Made by a program: the position numbers and the translations under genes
In this document: positions 31,784 to 42,595 of the stretch, piece after piece
Position numbering within the stretch: position 1 is the stretch's first letter
Layout of the letters: the number at the start of each line of letters is the position of its first letter
The notes under the pieces: model-generated
The model's input: only the letters and a program-made list of their open reading frames with translations
Told to the model about the DNA's origin: nothing
Databases searched by the model: none
NCBI GenBank assembly: GCA_023334545.1
Contig: JAADVB010000129.1
Span: forward strand, 1 to 51,191
Direction of reading: 5' to 3'
DNA: 51,191 nt
DNA from: Salisapilia sapeloensis CBS 127946
Taxonomy: Eukaryota > Protista > Oomycota

Positions 31784-33043
31784 GTGTGGCCATCGACAAG
31801 CGGCATGTACTTGGCTCGGCGTCTTGGTGCAGGATGTGTCCGTCCACGGTCACATCTGCAGACTTTGCGGATGCAATGTAGAGGATGGAGCAGTATGGAA
31901 GATAATAAAGGTGACAAGAGTGCGTTGCAACCGCCTAGTATAGACGTCCCGACGTCCCAGGATATTCGGCAGACGATCGAAGCGGCGGAGAAGCAGGCTA
32001 GAAAGAAACAGGTTGAAAGCGCGCGTGTACAACACATGCCAATCCGAGCAGTGCATTTAGCTCGACGCTTTGATATCATCTCGCTCTTTGAAGGGCTCTT
32101 CCCAGATCGATCCAAAGTCTCTCACTTTTTCCATCAAGACTCGGTCGTCCTGCATGTACGTGGCGAACCTCACGTCGATAGTTCTGTCGTCAAGAGCAGT
32201 CCGTTCGACGATCCAGACGATAGTAATGTCTTGAACGTAGCTGGGAACCTCCAGTCTCGACGTGCAGGAGACAAGTGGATCGTGTACTTTGACTATGGCG
32301 CATGTGTCTTCTTCAATTGCGACGAGCCGCTCGTGAATAAACTCGTGCGGCATTCGACACGCTATGGTAGTGGCGTCTTGGATATGCGCGGACATGAAGA
32401 GCAGATGCTGCTGGTGAACAACCCGAAGCTGAATACCTGGAGCAAGCTCACGGACAAGCACATTCTCGTCCGAGAGACGGATCACATCAATGTGCATGTG
32501 ATTGCCGGTGTCTTGGCTCAGACGGTAGCGTTAGAGTATTATGAGCGACAGATTGAAGGTATTTTGCATGAATTCGAGAAGCTCAATACGTCGGTGGAAC
32601 GAAAGGGGCCAGAGGGCGCCTTGTTCGGTCTGTGGCTCGCGGGCAAGCAGAGTGAGGCACAGCAGCAACGCAAGTTGTTCAAGATCGTCGCGACGAACAA
32701 TACGTTGCTCATTGATCTCGTGAGCAAGTTGCGTGTGATCGATCGGAAACGTCCGGGGGAAGCCGCATGGAGTTACACGCGATACCACAACATGTGGGAG
32801 ACGCTCAGCGACGAGTTTGAACTAAACGAACGGTTTAACAATTTGAACTTTAAGCTCGATTTGATCCAGCACAACACCAAGTTCTTCTTGGAAGTCCTCG
32901 GGACGCATCGAGGCGAGCGCATGGAATGGTACATTATCGTTCTCATTGCCGCTGAGCTCGCGCTTGGCGTCTACGAGCTGTTTTTGAAGTTGAAGGAAGA
33001 GAAAGCAGATAAACAGGACGACGTAAAGGTACAAGCAGCTTAA
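31784..33043 (+). CDS. RMND1: RMND1/Sif2 (DUF155) family mitochondrial protein
   Basis: Presequence-like N-terminus, VYFDYGACVFFN, VLAQTVALEYYERQI, FELNERFNNLNFKLDLIQ, MEWYIIVLIAAE. Confidence 0.88.
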   Translation: MWPSTSGMYLARRLGAGCVRPRSHLQTLRMQCRGWSSMEDNKGDKSALQPPSIDVPTSQDIRQTIEAAEKQARKKQVESARVQHMPIRAVHLARRFDIISLFEGLFPDRSKVSHFFHQDSVVLHVRGEPHVDSSVVKSSPFDDPDDSNVLNVAGNLQSRRAGDKWIVYFDYGACVFFNCDEPLVNKLVRHSTRYGSGVLDMRGHEEQMLLVNNPKLNTWSKLTDKHILVRETDHINVHVIAGVLAQTVALEYYERQIEGILHEFEKLNTSVERKGPEGALFGLWLAGKQSEAQQQRKLFKIVATNNTLLIDLVSKLRVIDRKRPGEAAWSYTRYHNMWETLSDEFELNERFNNLNFKLDLIQHNTKFFLEVLGTHRGERMEWYIIVLIAAELALGVYELFLKLKEEKADKQDDVKVQAA

Positions 33044-33541
33044 GTGTAGTCGAATACAACATCAACTTTCCTTTTGTCCGTCTACATTGCTTTTAGCGAT
33101 AGACATGGGGTTGGTAGAGTGCACAGGAAGGGATGGAAGGCTATAGATGCTTTCGTACGTTTGAGGAGACGTAAGATGGCGACGTGGAAATTTGCCGTCG
33201 GAAACGTACGAGAGCAGGGGCAAAGGTCTACTCTATCCTTTGTATTGCAATCGTCAAGTGGGATGGACGTGTTGACCTTCCAGGTAAAGTCATAAGGCAT
33301 CTCAAATGGATAGAGAGACAAGGAGAATGGAGCAGACGATGCAGTCGGTCGACTTATTTCATCATTGATCTGATTGCCTCCAATTTTAATCAAAGATGCA
33401 GGGATTAACCAATCGACAAATAAAGAATGAGGCGAGGGCACGATCGCAAAAAAGAAAAAATTACGCGCTGTGATCGACGGCCTTCTCTACGAATGCCTTC
33501 CTCTTCATTCCTTGTTTGCTACTAGGGCACGTTGCGCCCCG

Positions 33542-34493
33542 ATGCTAGTTGTACGATGTGACCGAGCCTCTCTGCTCCTACTTGCGCTTGTAGCTCTACA
33601 GTGTATACTGTATGCACGTGCGAGTTCCGTCTGTGACAGCATTGCTGAGTGCTGTGATGTTTGTGGCGACGACTCGTATCGATGTGCTCGAGGACCATGC
33701 AGCACGGCGTTTGTGCCAGCCAAGCTCTTTAGCATGTCCGTCCCGACGGAAGATGTGAGCTTCTGGGACGTCGTCATGGTCATGCTAACGATCATGCCGT
33801 ACATGGTGCCGGTGTTTCTGGCGCTTGACTTCCTCTTTTGGCACCACACGTGGGCACGCCTTGTGCTGCTCTTGTTCATCCCGATGTGCGCACTTGTGAA
33901 CATTATCGTCGTTAAGATCCTAACGGCGGCAGGAGGATGCCCAGACTGTCCACGACCATGCGGGTATGTTTTTATCTATCCTTCTAGAGGCTCTCATCTT
34001 ATTGATCTTAACTTCTAGGTCTTGTAATGAAGCCGATGGGATGCCGTCCGGTCATTCAGCGAATGGCGTCGGCTTTGTCCTCTACGTTTTGCTCGAATAT
34101 GCTTCTGGATGCGGCCGAGATTGGGACATCAAGTGGAAAGTTGCCATGTCAGTCTTTTTGATGATTATCCTACTACCGGTGCCGTACAGTCGCATCTTCC
34201 TTGGTGACCACACGGTCGAGCAAGTGCTCATTGGCTGTGCGGAAGGTATAGTGTTTGCCATCCTCTGGTTCATCCTGTTCCGAAAGGTCGTGGCGCACCG
34301 CATGGACGGCGTCAACGAATACTTTGGCCGGACCAAGTACTTGCACTTTATCCATCTCCATAACGACTTTTACGTTGCTCCTCGGGCACCATCCGCCAAT
34401 AACGAGACGGTCGGGACGCAAGACGTTTCCCTTGTTGAGAACGGCAACGCGTCTCCTCGGAGCGACTTCAACTCTAGTAACGAACCCAAGTAA
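33542..34493 (+). CDS. PAP2 (DOLPP1-like) lipid phosphate phosphatase with signal peptide and Cys-rich N-terminal module, copy A
   Basis: Intron 33964-34018. Signal-like LLLLALVALQCILYARA, CDSIAECCDVCGDDSYRCARGPCS, K...CPDCPRPCG|SC, GMPSGHS, SRIFLGDHTVEQV. Confidence 0.88.
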
Positions 34494-34659
34494 ACGACTT
34501 TTGTAGATTTTCTGTCACTTGTAGCAGCTGTTTTCGTGATGGACTGAGATTGCGTAATCGATGACGACAAGATGTCAGTGGAGTAAATTTTGTGTCTCTC
34601 TATCCTTCGACTATCATCAGTCCAGTCACTTTTTTCTTATCGCCTCTCGACAGACTGCC

Positions 34660-35537
34660 ATGGCGCAATGCAGTACGTTTGAAGAATGCTGTGACCTGTG
34701 TGGAGTTGACTCGACTCGATGTGCACGTGGACCGTGCAGTCAGCTTTATCTGATCAATGAGTTCTTTAGCTTTAGCATGCCTCTTGAAGACATTGGCTTC
34801 TGGGACGTCGTCTTTAGCTTCTACGGGATGGTCCCGTACTTATTTATCATTGGTGTCGCGCTCGAGTTTTTATTTCACCGACATAATTGGTCCAGGATTA
34901 TCCTTATGCTCTTCATCGGCATTGAGACCGGGATCAATGGGATCATCGGTATTGCGCTAGGAGACTGTAGCACATGTGACCGTCCGTGTGGAAATTGCTT
35001 GGGATCGCACGGTACTATCGTAATATTACCACATCTAAGATGCAAATGGACTAATTGGAACCTCTAGGTATGCCGTCTGGACACTCGATGAACTCCATTA
35101 GCGTCACGACATTGTGTCTCCTGGAGCTGTATCGAGGACATCTTCGTTACCTGCCGATGACCAAGAAGATCATCATCGCCTCCATCGCCATCCTCCTCTT
35201 GGTACCAGTGCCGTACGGTCGAGTCTACTTGGGTGACCACGACTCGATCCAAGTAATCATCGGCAGTGCCGACGGCATCGTCTTTGCTTTCCTCTTCTTC
35301 ATCGTGCTGCACAAGTGGCTCGTAAATGTCCTTGACTGGATTACAGAAAAGCTTACAAAACTTTCACGAGGCTACATTGTCATCGAGAACGACCTGAAGA
35401 TCGAATCCAAGCTCCCAGTCACCGTCCACGATCGATTGCTCGAGGCAGATGCAGACAATACGAGTAAATATGACAAGGATAGTTCAACAGAAGAGTGTCC
35501 ATGGACGGAAGAAGACACGACGGTCAAAACCACCTAA
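34660..35537 (+). CDS. PAP2 (DOLPP1-like) protein with Cys-rich module, copy B (no evident signal peptide)
   Basis: Intron 35012-35067. CSTFEECCDLCGVDSTRCARGPCS, CSTCDRPCGNC, G|MPSGHS, GRVYLGDHDSIQV. Confidence 0.85.
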
Positions 35538-35594
35538 GTTAAATCTTTTGTGCATCTCCAATTGAAATACATTTTCCCATTTGCATGTACTATC

Positions 35595-36392
35595 CTAGGC
35601 TTGTAGTAGAGGTCTTTCGGCCGAAGATCGACGATCTAAAGTGTAGTCGTCCGTGAATTTCATGTGGTCATTCGTTAGACGTGCGATCCGGCGGGATGCA
35701 GTTACCAAGTGACGGTGACGAACGAGTGTGCGGACGAGGAGTTCGTAGAAGAAGGTTACGAGAATGCCGTGGACGGTGCCGACGAGTACCTGGATGAGGC
35801 TGTGGTCACCGAGGTATACTCGGCTCCACGCGACGGGGCCGAAGAGGATGAGAGTGATGGAGACGTAGAGCATACGCTTAGAAGGGGAGAAGCGCTTGCC
35901 GAAGCCGCAGCTCATTTCCACGATCATCCACAGCGTCAGTCCAGCAGCGTTGGCGGCGTGGCCGGATGGCAGCCCCGAATTACTGACGCAGGCTCCGCAC
36001 GGCCGAGCACAGATCTCGCAGTGCCCGGCGGCTTTGTGTAGGATCAAGTAGACGATGGCGATGCACGCGACGACCATGAGACCAAAGACTCTGGCCCACG
36101 TACGGTGCCAGAAGAGGATATCTAGAAGCACTAGGAACGGTAGGACGTACGGCACCATGCCATAGAACGTCGCAGCGATATTTAGGAAGGAAGGTTCGAG
36201 CGGCATGCTCAGGTCAAAGATATCGGCCATGATAAAGTTGGTCGAGCATGGACCACGAGCACATCGGACGGAATCAGGTCCACACATTTCGCAGCACGAG
36301 TTCTCGGTCGAGCACATTTTCCCATCAGCTTCAAAATCTGCTGCCACAAGCGGCAAGACAAGTAGGAAGAGGATTAGAGGCGAGAAACGCAT
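35595..36392 (-). CDS. PAP2 (DOLPP1-like) protein with signal peptide and Cys-rich module, copy C (intronless)
   Basis: MRFSPLILFLLVLPLVAA, CSTENSCCEMCGPDSVRCARGPCS, HKAAGHCEICARPCGAC, GLPSGHA, SRVYLGDHSLIQV. Confidence 0.9.
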   Translation of the reverse strand: MRFSPLILFLLVLPLVAADFEADGKMCSTENSCCEMCGPDSVRCARGPCSTNFIMADIFDLSMPLEPSFLNIAATFYGMVPYVLPFLVLLDILFWHRTWARVFGLMVVACIAIVYLILHKAAGHCEICARPCGACVSNSGLPSGHAANAAGLTLWMIVEMSCGFGKRFSPSKRMLYVSITLILFGPVAWSRVYLGDHSLIQVLVGTVHGILVTFFYELLVRTLVRHRHLVTASRRIARLTNDHMKFTDDYTLDRRSSAERPLLQA

Positions 36393-36621
36393 GGCTGTCG
36401 TGGTGGACGATATAGAAGTGAGGCTGGAAGGGTGCCAAATGATCTTTAGACCAGATATAAAAAGGTCATTCTTGAAGCTCCTACCGGCATCGATGCTTCA
36501 TGGTAACTTTGGTATCATGTCCTAAGCTGTTGATGGTAATGATAGAGTAGTAGACATTTGCACGTGAAGTATAAAGTCAATTCTTCTGGTGTTTGCATTG
36601 GCATGGATATGGACACTTATA

Positions 36622-37434
36622 CTACGCATCAGACGCTAGTTGGTAGTCATCTCTCGGTGCCCCGTCGAGTGTATAGTCGTCCTTGATGTGCACATGTCCT
36701 TTCGTAAAGCGCTCTACCTTGCCACTTGCAGACTCGAGTTTTCGATGGCGAAGGCATTTGCGCAGGATTATAAAGTAGACCACGGCCACGGCGATCCCTT
36801 CGGCGGTGCCGATGACCAGTTGCTCCCAGACGTGGTCACCGACATATGCGCGTCCCCATGACACGGGCGCGAAGAGAATGAGCGAAATGATAATGGCAGA
36901 GATTCGCGATGACATGGACCATCGACGACCAAAGCCCAAGATCATCTCGAGGATCATCCAAACGGTCAGTCCTGCAGCGTTGGCAGCGTGTCCGGATGGC
37001 ATGCCAGACGAGTCGAGGCAAGTTCCGCACGGACGAGAGCAAATAGAGCACTCTCCGACTGCGTTCTGGATGATCAGGTAGACGATGGCGATGGCTAAAC
37101 ACAGTAGGAGACAGAAGACTCGAGCCCATGAACGGTGCCAGAAGAGCAGGTCCAAGAGAACGAGAAACGGCACAATGTACGGTAGCATGCCGTACAGAGT
37201 CCCGAGGAAGCCGAGGAAGGTCATGTGAGTCGGGGCGCTGACATCGAAGATATGCGTCATGATAAAGTCGCTTGAGCACGGGCCTCGGGCGCACCGAACA
37301 GAGTCTTCACCGCATGAGTTACAGCACTCTTCTTTAGTCGAGCACCCACCATCGCCAGACGATTGCGCTACCACAATCGGAACGAGGAGCAGTAGTAGTA
37401 GCAGCAAGAAGTTGACGCGGGATGGAGATTGCAT
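36622..37434 (-). CDS. PAP2 (DOLPP1-like) protein with signal peptide and Cys-rich module, copy D (intronless)
   Basis: FLLLLLLLVPIVVA, CSTKEECCNSCGEDSVRCARGPCS, CSICSRPCGTC, GMPSGHA, GRAYVGDHVWEQL. Confidence 0.9.
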   Translation of the reverse strand: MQSPSRVNFLLLLLLLLVPIVVAQSSGDGGCSTKEECCNSCGEDSVRCARGPCSSDFIMTHIFDVSAPTHMTFLGFLGTLYGMLPYIVPFLVLLDLLFWHRSWARVFCLLLCLAIAIVYLIIQNAVGECSICSRPCGTCLDSSGMPSGHAANAAGLTVWMILEMILGFGRRWSMSSRISAIIISLILFAPVSWGRAYVGDHVWEQLVIGTAEGIAVAVVYFIILRKCLRHRKLESASGKVERFTKGHVHIKDDYTLDGAPRDDYQLASDA

Positions 37435-37504
37435 CCTTCGGTCGGCGATGGTAACTCAGCAAATGAACTGAATGCTCAAAAGGTGCCTTTGTCCGTTCGA
37501 TGTA

Positions 37505-37677
37505 TATTGATGAATTTTGTTGCTTCCGTACCGATCCAGCTACGTCCGTATGCTCTGGTAGCTTTCCGTCGCATACCGCCCAGTGGTAAGGAAGGAGCGA
37601 ACGAAGGAAGAGTTCAATCGGTAGCACCCACCGTTTGTATTGTATTGACAAATTTTGGTGCTTCCACACCGATCCAG
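37505..37677 (+). repeat. Imperfect 35 bp direct repeat (2 copies, 138 nt apart)
   Basis: 37505-37539 tattgatgaattttgttgcttccgtaccgatccag vs 37643-37677 tattgacaaattttggtgcttccacaccgatccag; 30/35 identical. Confidence 0.8.
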
Positions 37678-37809
37678 ATGCCGTGCACCAGCTTTATCAA
37701 ATCGTCCATGCACACGATATCCTGAGCACGCATGGCTTCACTTTGTCGCATGCTAATGCACTATCCGTTTCACAGTTTTTTCAATGAACATTCAATTTTC
37801 GTTTGCAAT

Positions 37810-40800
37810 ATGTCGCTAGGTGGCCTGGCTCCGATCGGCGGAAATTCCAAGTCTACTTCTGCCAAGCGAGATGATCTGACGAGTGGATTGATGTCCTTGA
37901 CCTCGCCTTTGGGTAGTGCCAGTGAGCATGGAAACGATTTGGATATGGATGACTTTGATGTTGATATGCTCCTTGGTGACGGTCCATCTGCATCGTCGAA
38001 AGCCAAGTCTCCAAGTAGCAAGAAGACAAGTTCTTCGTCAGCCAAGAAGAGTAGTCATGATAAATCAAAAAGTAAAGACTCTAAGTCGAAGAAGAAGAAA
38101 GAAGTACGTTACCACTTAGATCAGTGTGTGTCTGCTATCATTTCACGTTGATCCTTGTACTAGTCCAAGAAGAAATCTACAACCGAATCGCCCTTTAACT
38201 ACTCCTTCGAGGAAGATGTACCATCATCGCCTATCAAGAAAAAAACAGGGCTCGACTCGGAGTTTGCCAGTATACTCGGACTAGACGATGGTATGGAGAG
38301 CTCTAGTTTCACTGCGTTGGAAGATAAAGCGGACACATTTGGACATGAAACTAGCAGTGATATGAAGTATAGTACTGCAAAGGACCCACCTAGAATTAAT
38401 ACTCCACTTGCACAAACCACAGATACAGATTTGGTAGCCGGTCTGCCTACTACACTGCAAGACACCGCAGGTTCAGAGTTTGGTATCGATGCATCTTTCT
38501 TTGCTGATATTGGAGCAAGCCAAAGTGACAATCTACCTTCTTTTCGAAGTGAATCGAACGAACCAACCCGACGTAGAGGTCGTCGCCGACATGCTACGGC
38601 AGAAAAAAGTGACAAGGAGGAATCTCTTACAGATAACGCGACGGATAAACCAAAGCAAGAAGTTCCATTCGAGTCCCGATGGGACAAAATGTTTGGTGGA
38701 TCGAAACCAGCGGCACGAGAGGAGACGAAAGCAGAGTTAGCTTTGGGGAAAGATAGAGATAAAGATGAAGAAATAAAGGGCACGACTCCAAAGTTACAAG
38801 ACCAGGAAACTACGTTACCACCAGCTAAAGTAGCAGATACGAAGCCAACATCAAATGTTAAAGAACAAGAGACATCATCTGCGTTTGCACAGGATGACTT
38901 GCTGGCTGATCTTGGTATTCTGGATATATCTCCACCGAAGAAGATCGAGAAATCTAGTCAAGATGATGTGAAGAATCCAGAGGAAAACATATCAAGCAGT
39001 TTTATGTCGAAAATGTTCCCGAATGAAAAGGTTGAAATTGGGGATGACCAAAAGATCTCTAAACCAGTCGATGAACGGGTGGAGAAAGTATCTGTAGATG
39101 TAGAGCAACCAAAGGAAGCCGTGTTAAAACAAAAGCTAGAAGAGAAAGTTGAAACTATCAGTGCTCGTGATAGTCTACTCCTCGATCTAGTACCAACTGA
39201 CACACCTCCACGAAGTCCTGTTATGGCTCTAAGGAAAAGTTTTTCTTTAAAAGCACCACCTACGCCCGAAGACACCTCGAAGATAGTGCTTGACAAGAAA
39301 GTGGAGCATGAGGAGTTACCAAAGCCTGACAAACTAACCGAGGCAGTTTCTAAACCAAAGGTACAAGAGACCAAGTTTGATCTAGCTATCGACTTTAGTC
39401 CAATGTCGTCTCCAGTACGCGACCCACCAGCGCCATCGCCGGGTACTGTAAAAACATTGCGAGCAAGGACAAACAGCATGAATGAGTCGGAGTTTGAGCA
39501 GTCAAAAGAAAGCTTGCTGGAAGAGATTCTATCTCCACCAGTATCTCCGATTTTGACAAAACAAAGGTCGTCTCCAGCTCTCTTAGAGGTACCTGATAAC
39601 GCGGACGCGTCATCGATGGATGCTGAGAAGCCTCAAGACGATCTCAAGTACAGCGTGACCAAAATACCGGAGGAGGTTGAAGAAGAGAATGCTACAGCCA
39701 CCTTGGCATCGGCTGTAGAAGTAATCAAAGAAGTTGTAGATAGTGATAAAAGCGTAGACGTAGAACCAAAGACCGTGCCGTCATCAAAGCAGCCCCATGG
39801 ACATTTGGATGCTGTTGAAAAGCAAGCATTCGAGTCCCAAATATCTGACCTTCAAAAGCTGCTTCAGGCTAAACAAGAAGAATACGATCAAGCGTTTCAA
39901 CGTTGCCAAGACACGGAAACTGCGAAAAGCGTTTTACAAGCTCAGGTGAACTCACTTCAGCAGGAGATACAACATTTGCATGAGCGTCTGAGCAAGTCTG
40001 AATACGACCGGCAAACGCTTCAGCAGGAGCTATCGTCTGCTCGAGCCGACCTAAGTGCCCAGGTTGCCACTTGCCATCATCTGGAGCAGGATAAGGCATC
40101 ATTCGACCGACAGGCCCAAAGCTTACGAGACCAGCAATCCCGACTGAGTCAGCAGCTCGTCGAGGAGAGGTCTGCGCATCAATCGACACAAAATCGCTTG
40201 GCGGAGCTCCAGCTTCAGACTAGTGAATTGAATGAAAGGCATCGGTCTCAGACGAAGAGCCAAATGGATAGTGTTCTACAGCAGCTCCATACAGCTCTCG
40301 CTCGTTTGCAAAGTCGACAAGAACAGGCTTCGATGGAAGACACATCTCGAGGCGTAGTCGAAGGTGAAAGCAGAATGAGAATGATCACGTCGCTTGAAGC
40401 AAGTGCTCGATCGTGTGCACGGCAGAGTGAAGAAGAGTGCCACCGACTAGCAAGTATCTTGTCGAGCCTAGAGTCGACACTTCGGCAATCTCGGCAAGAG
40501 GTAGCAGACGACAAGGAGAGGCTTCGACAGGAGCAGCATCGACTGGATACGCTAGCATCCCATTTCCAAGCCCAAACCAGTGTTTTGCACACTAGTGCGG
40601 ATGCGAATACGCAGTTGATGTCAAAATGGCTGACAACCTCTCTCCAAGACGTACGCACAGCTGAAGCACGGTTGGCCACACGGCGGTCCGAGCTGGAGGA
40701 TCAAGAGAGACAACTGTTTGATGAAAGAGCTCAGTTCGCTGCTTATCGGGAGGAGACGATGGAGCAGCAGAAGAAAGACAGTAGTAGACTACAGCAGGAA

Positions 40801-41496
40801 AAGCAAAAGTTGGATGCACGATGGCAGAAACTGGCGACCGAGAAGGAGAAGTTCGAAGCACGGGTTCAGTCCTACGACCATGACTTGGATGAAATTAATC
40901 GATGGCATACGTTTTTGCAGGAAGAGCGACAACGTATCGATCGAAAAGCGAGTCATGTAGCACAAGTAGCTTCGGAAGTGGAGCGAATGTCACAAGAGAT
41001 GGTTCAAAGAGAGAGTGTTGCATCGCAGACACAGAAAGAGATAGATGACCGTAGCAATGACGTCGAAAGCAGAAATAAAGAGGTGATAAGGCGCTTTAGT
41101 GAGCTGAAAGACCGTGAGCGTAGACTACAGCAGCATGCTAACCAAGTCGATCGGATGCGTGCGCGACTACTGTCCGAGCGCAAGGCATCCACAACGACGT
41201 CTGACAATACTCCGCCCTCGATGTCCACTTGTAGTAATCAAGAGGAAGACTCCAAAGCTTCAACGCCGATAGGTGGCATGTCTGTGGATGCACCAGTACA
41301 GATGAAGAGCTATAGCTGGGAACCAACTACCGACTATCAAATACACAAAGGTCGGGGGTCGACGTTACCACCAGCCTTGCGAAAGCTAGTGGATGACCAC
41401 TGGAGGACTCGCCGTTTGCTTCATTCAGCCCCCACGTCACTCCAAAGAGACCGCATGTGGCTACATGCGATCGGACTCGGTGTGTCCGATGCATAA
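37810..41496 (+). CDS. Large protein (about 1200 aa) with disordered N-terminus and long C-terminal coiled coil; tentatively FBF1-like basal-body/transition-fibre protein
   Basis: Exons 37810-38103 and 38164-41496 (60 nt intron). S/K/D-rich N-terminal two thirds, then about 450 aa of heptad coiled coil (LEASARSCARQSEEECHRLASILSSLE). The FBF1 assignment is by architecture only. Confidence 0.7.
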
Positions 41497-41557
41497 GAAA
41501 TAAAAGTTTATCGGTACGAACGAAACCTTGTATTCTTGTTTCGTCTGACTCTAGTTT

Positions 41558-42497
41558 CTACGCGCGGCAGTTCTCGAGATCAAACACGATGATGTCCGTG
41601 GCGCCAATCTCGTGGAGCTGGTCCATGACGTCGCTGACCTGCTTCTTCTCGATCATAGCCGACACGGCCAGCGCGTCTTCTCCCGTGAGTTCGCTCACGG
41701 TCGGTGATCGACGTCCAGGTGTGATCTTCTTGGCGTCTTCCAACTTGCCCTTGGACACATTGTACGTGATCATCTTGTATTTGGTAGCCGTGATGTACCC
41801 TCGGATGCGCTGGTGCACCTTATCCACGAGCTTTTTGTGCGTCGTGTTCGGGTTCGAGATCAGGACGGCCTGGGTGTCCATGATGGTCGAGATCATCTCG
41901 AGGCCAGCAGCCTTCATGGTCGTGCCAGTCTCAACGAGATCGACGATACCATCGGCCAAGCCGAGACTACAGGCGGCTTCCACCGATCCAGAGACGTATC
42001 GGATCTTTGTCGCTTCGTCCTTTTCGAATTGACGGAAGTAGCCGGCCGAGACGTTCGGGAAGGACGTGACGATCCGCTTGCCGGCGAGATCGGCAGGGGA
42101 CTGGATCTTGTCGGCCACAAGAGCCTGTACACCGAGTTTGCACTTGCCAAAACCGAGCTGCATGAGCTCGTCGACGCTCGAGTTAGACTCGGCGATGATG
42201 TCCTGACCAGTGATCCCCATGTCGACGTTTCCTTCTCCGACATAGGCAGCAATGTCAGCGGCAGGGAGGAAGACTAGCGTGACTGGGAGACTGGAGCATA
42301 GAGCAATATCGACGCGATTCGGCTATGATACAGCGTGTCAATTGGGTGCATATGCAAAAGCATTTCAAGAAACGTACGCGATAGTAGTCCAGTCCAGCAC
42401 CTTCCAGGACGTGTAGGATACGTTCATACAATCTCCCTTTCTTCGGGACGGCGAAGAGTAGTCGTTCTGAATCACTCGCTGCTACACTCGAAGCCAT
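41558..42497 (-). CDS. hisG: ATP phosphoribosyltransferase, long form
   Basis: Intron 42377-42323. FAVPKKGRL, LPAADIAAYVGEGNVDMGITGQD, IVTSFP, GSVEAACSLGLADGIVDLVETGTTMKAAGL, C-terminal TPGRRSPTV. Confidence 0.97.
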
Positions 42498-42595
42498 TCG
42501 TCCACGATATGTCAATTCGATTAGTGTGTGGTTATTTATAGGAGGAGATGCTATACGTAATCAAGTACTACGGACCATAAGAAAAAGAAAAGAAA

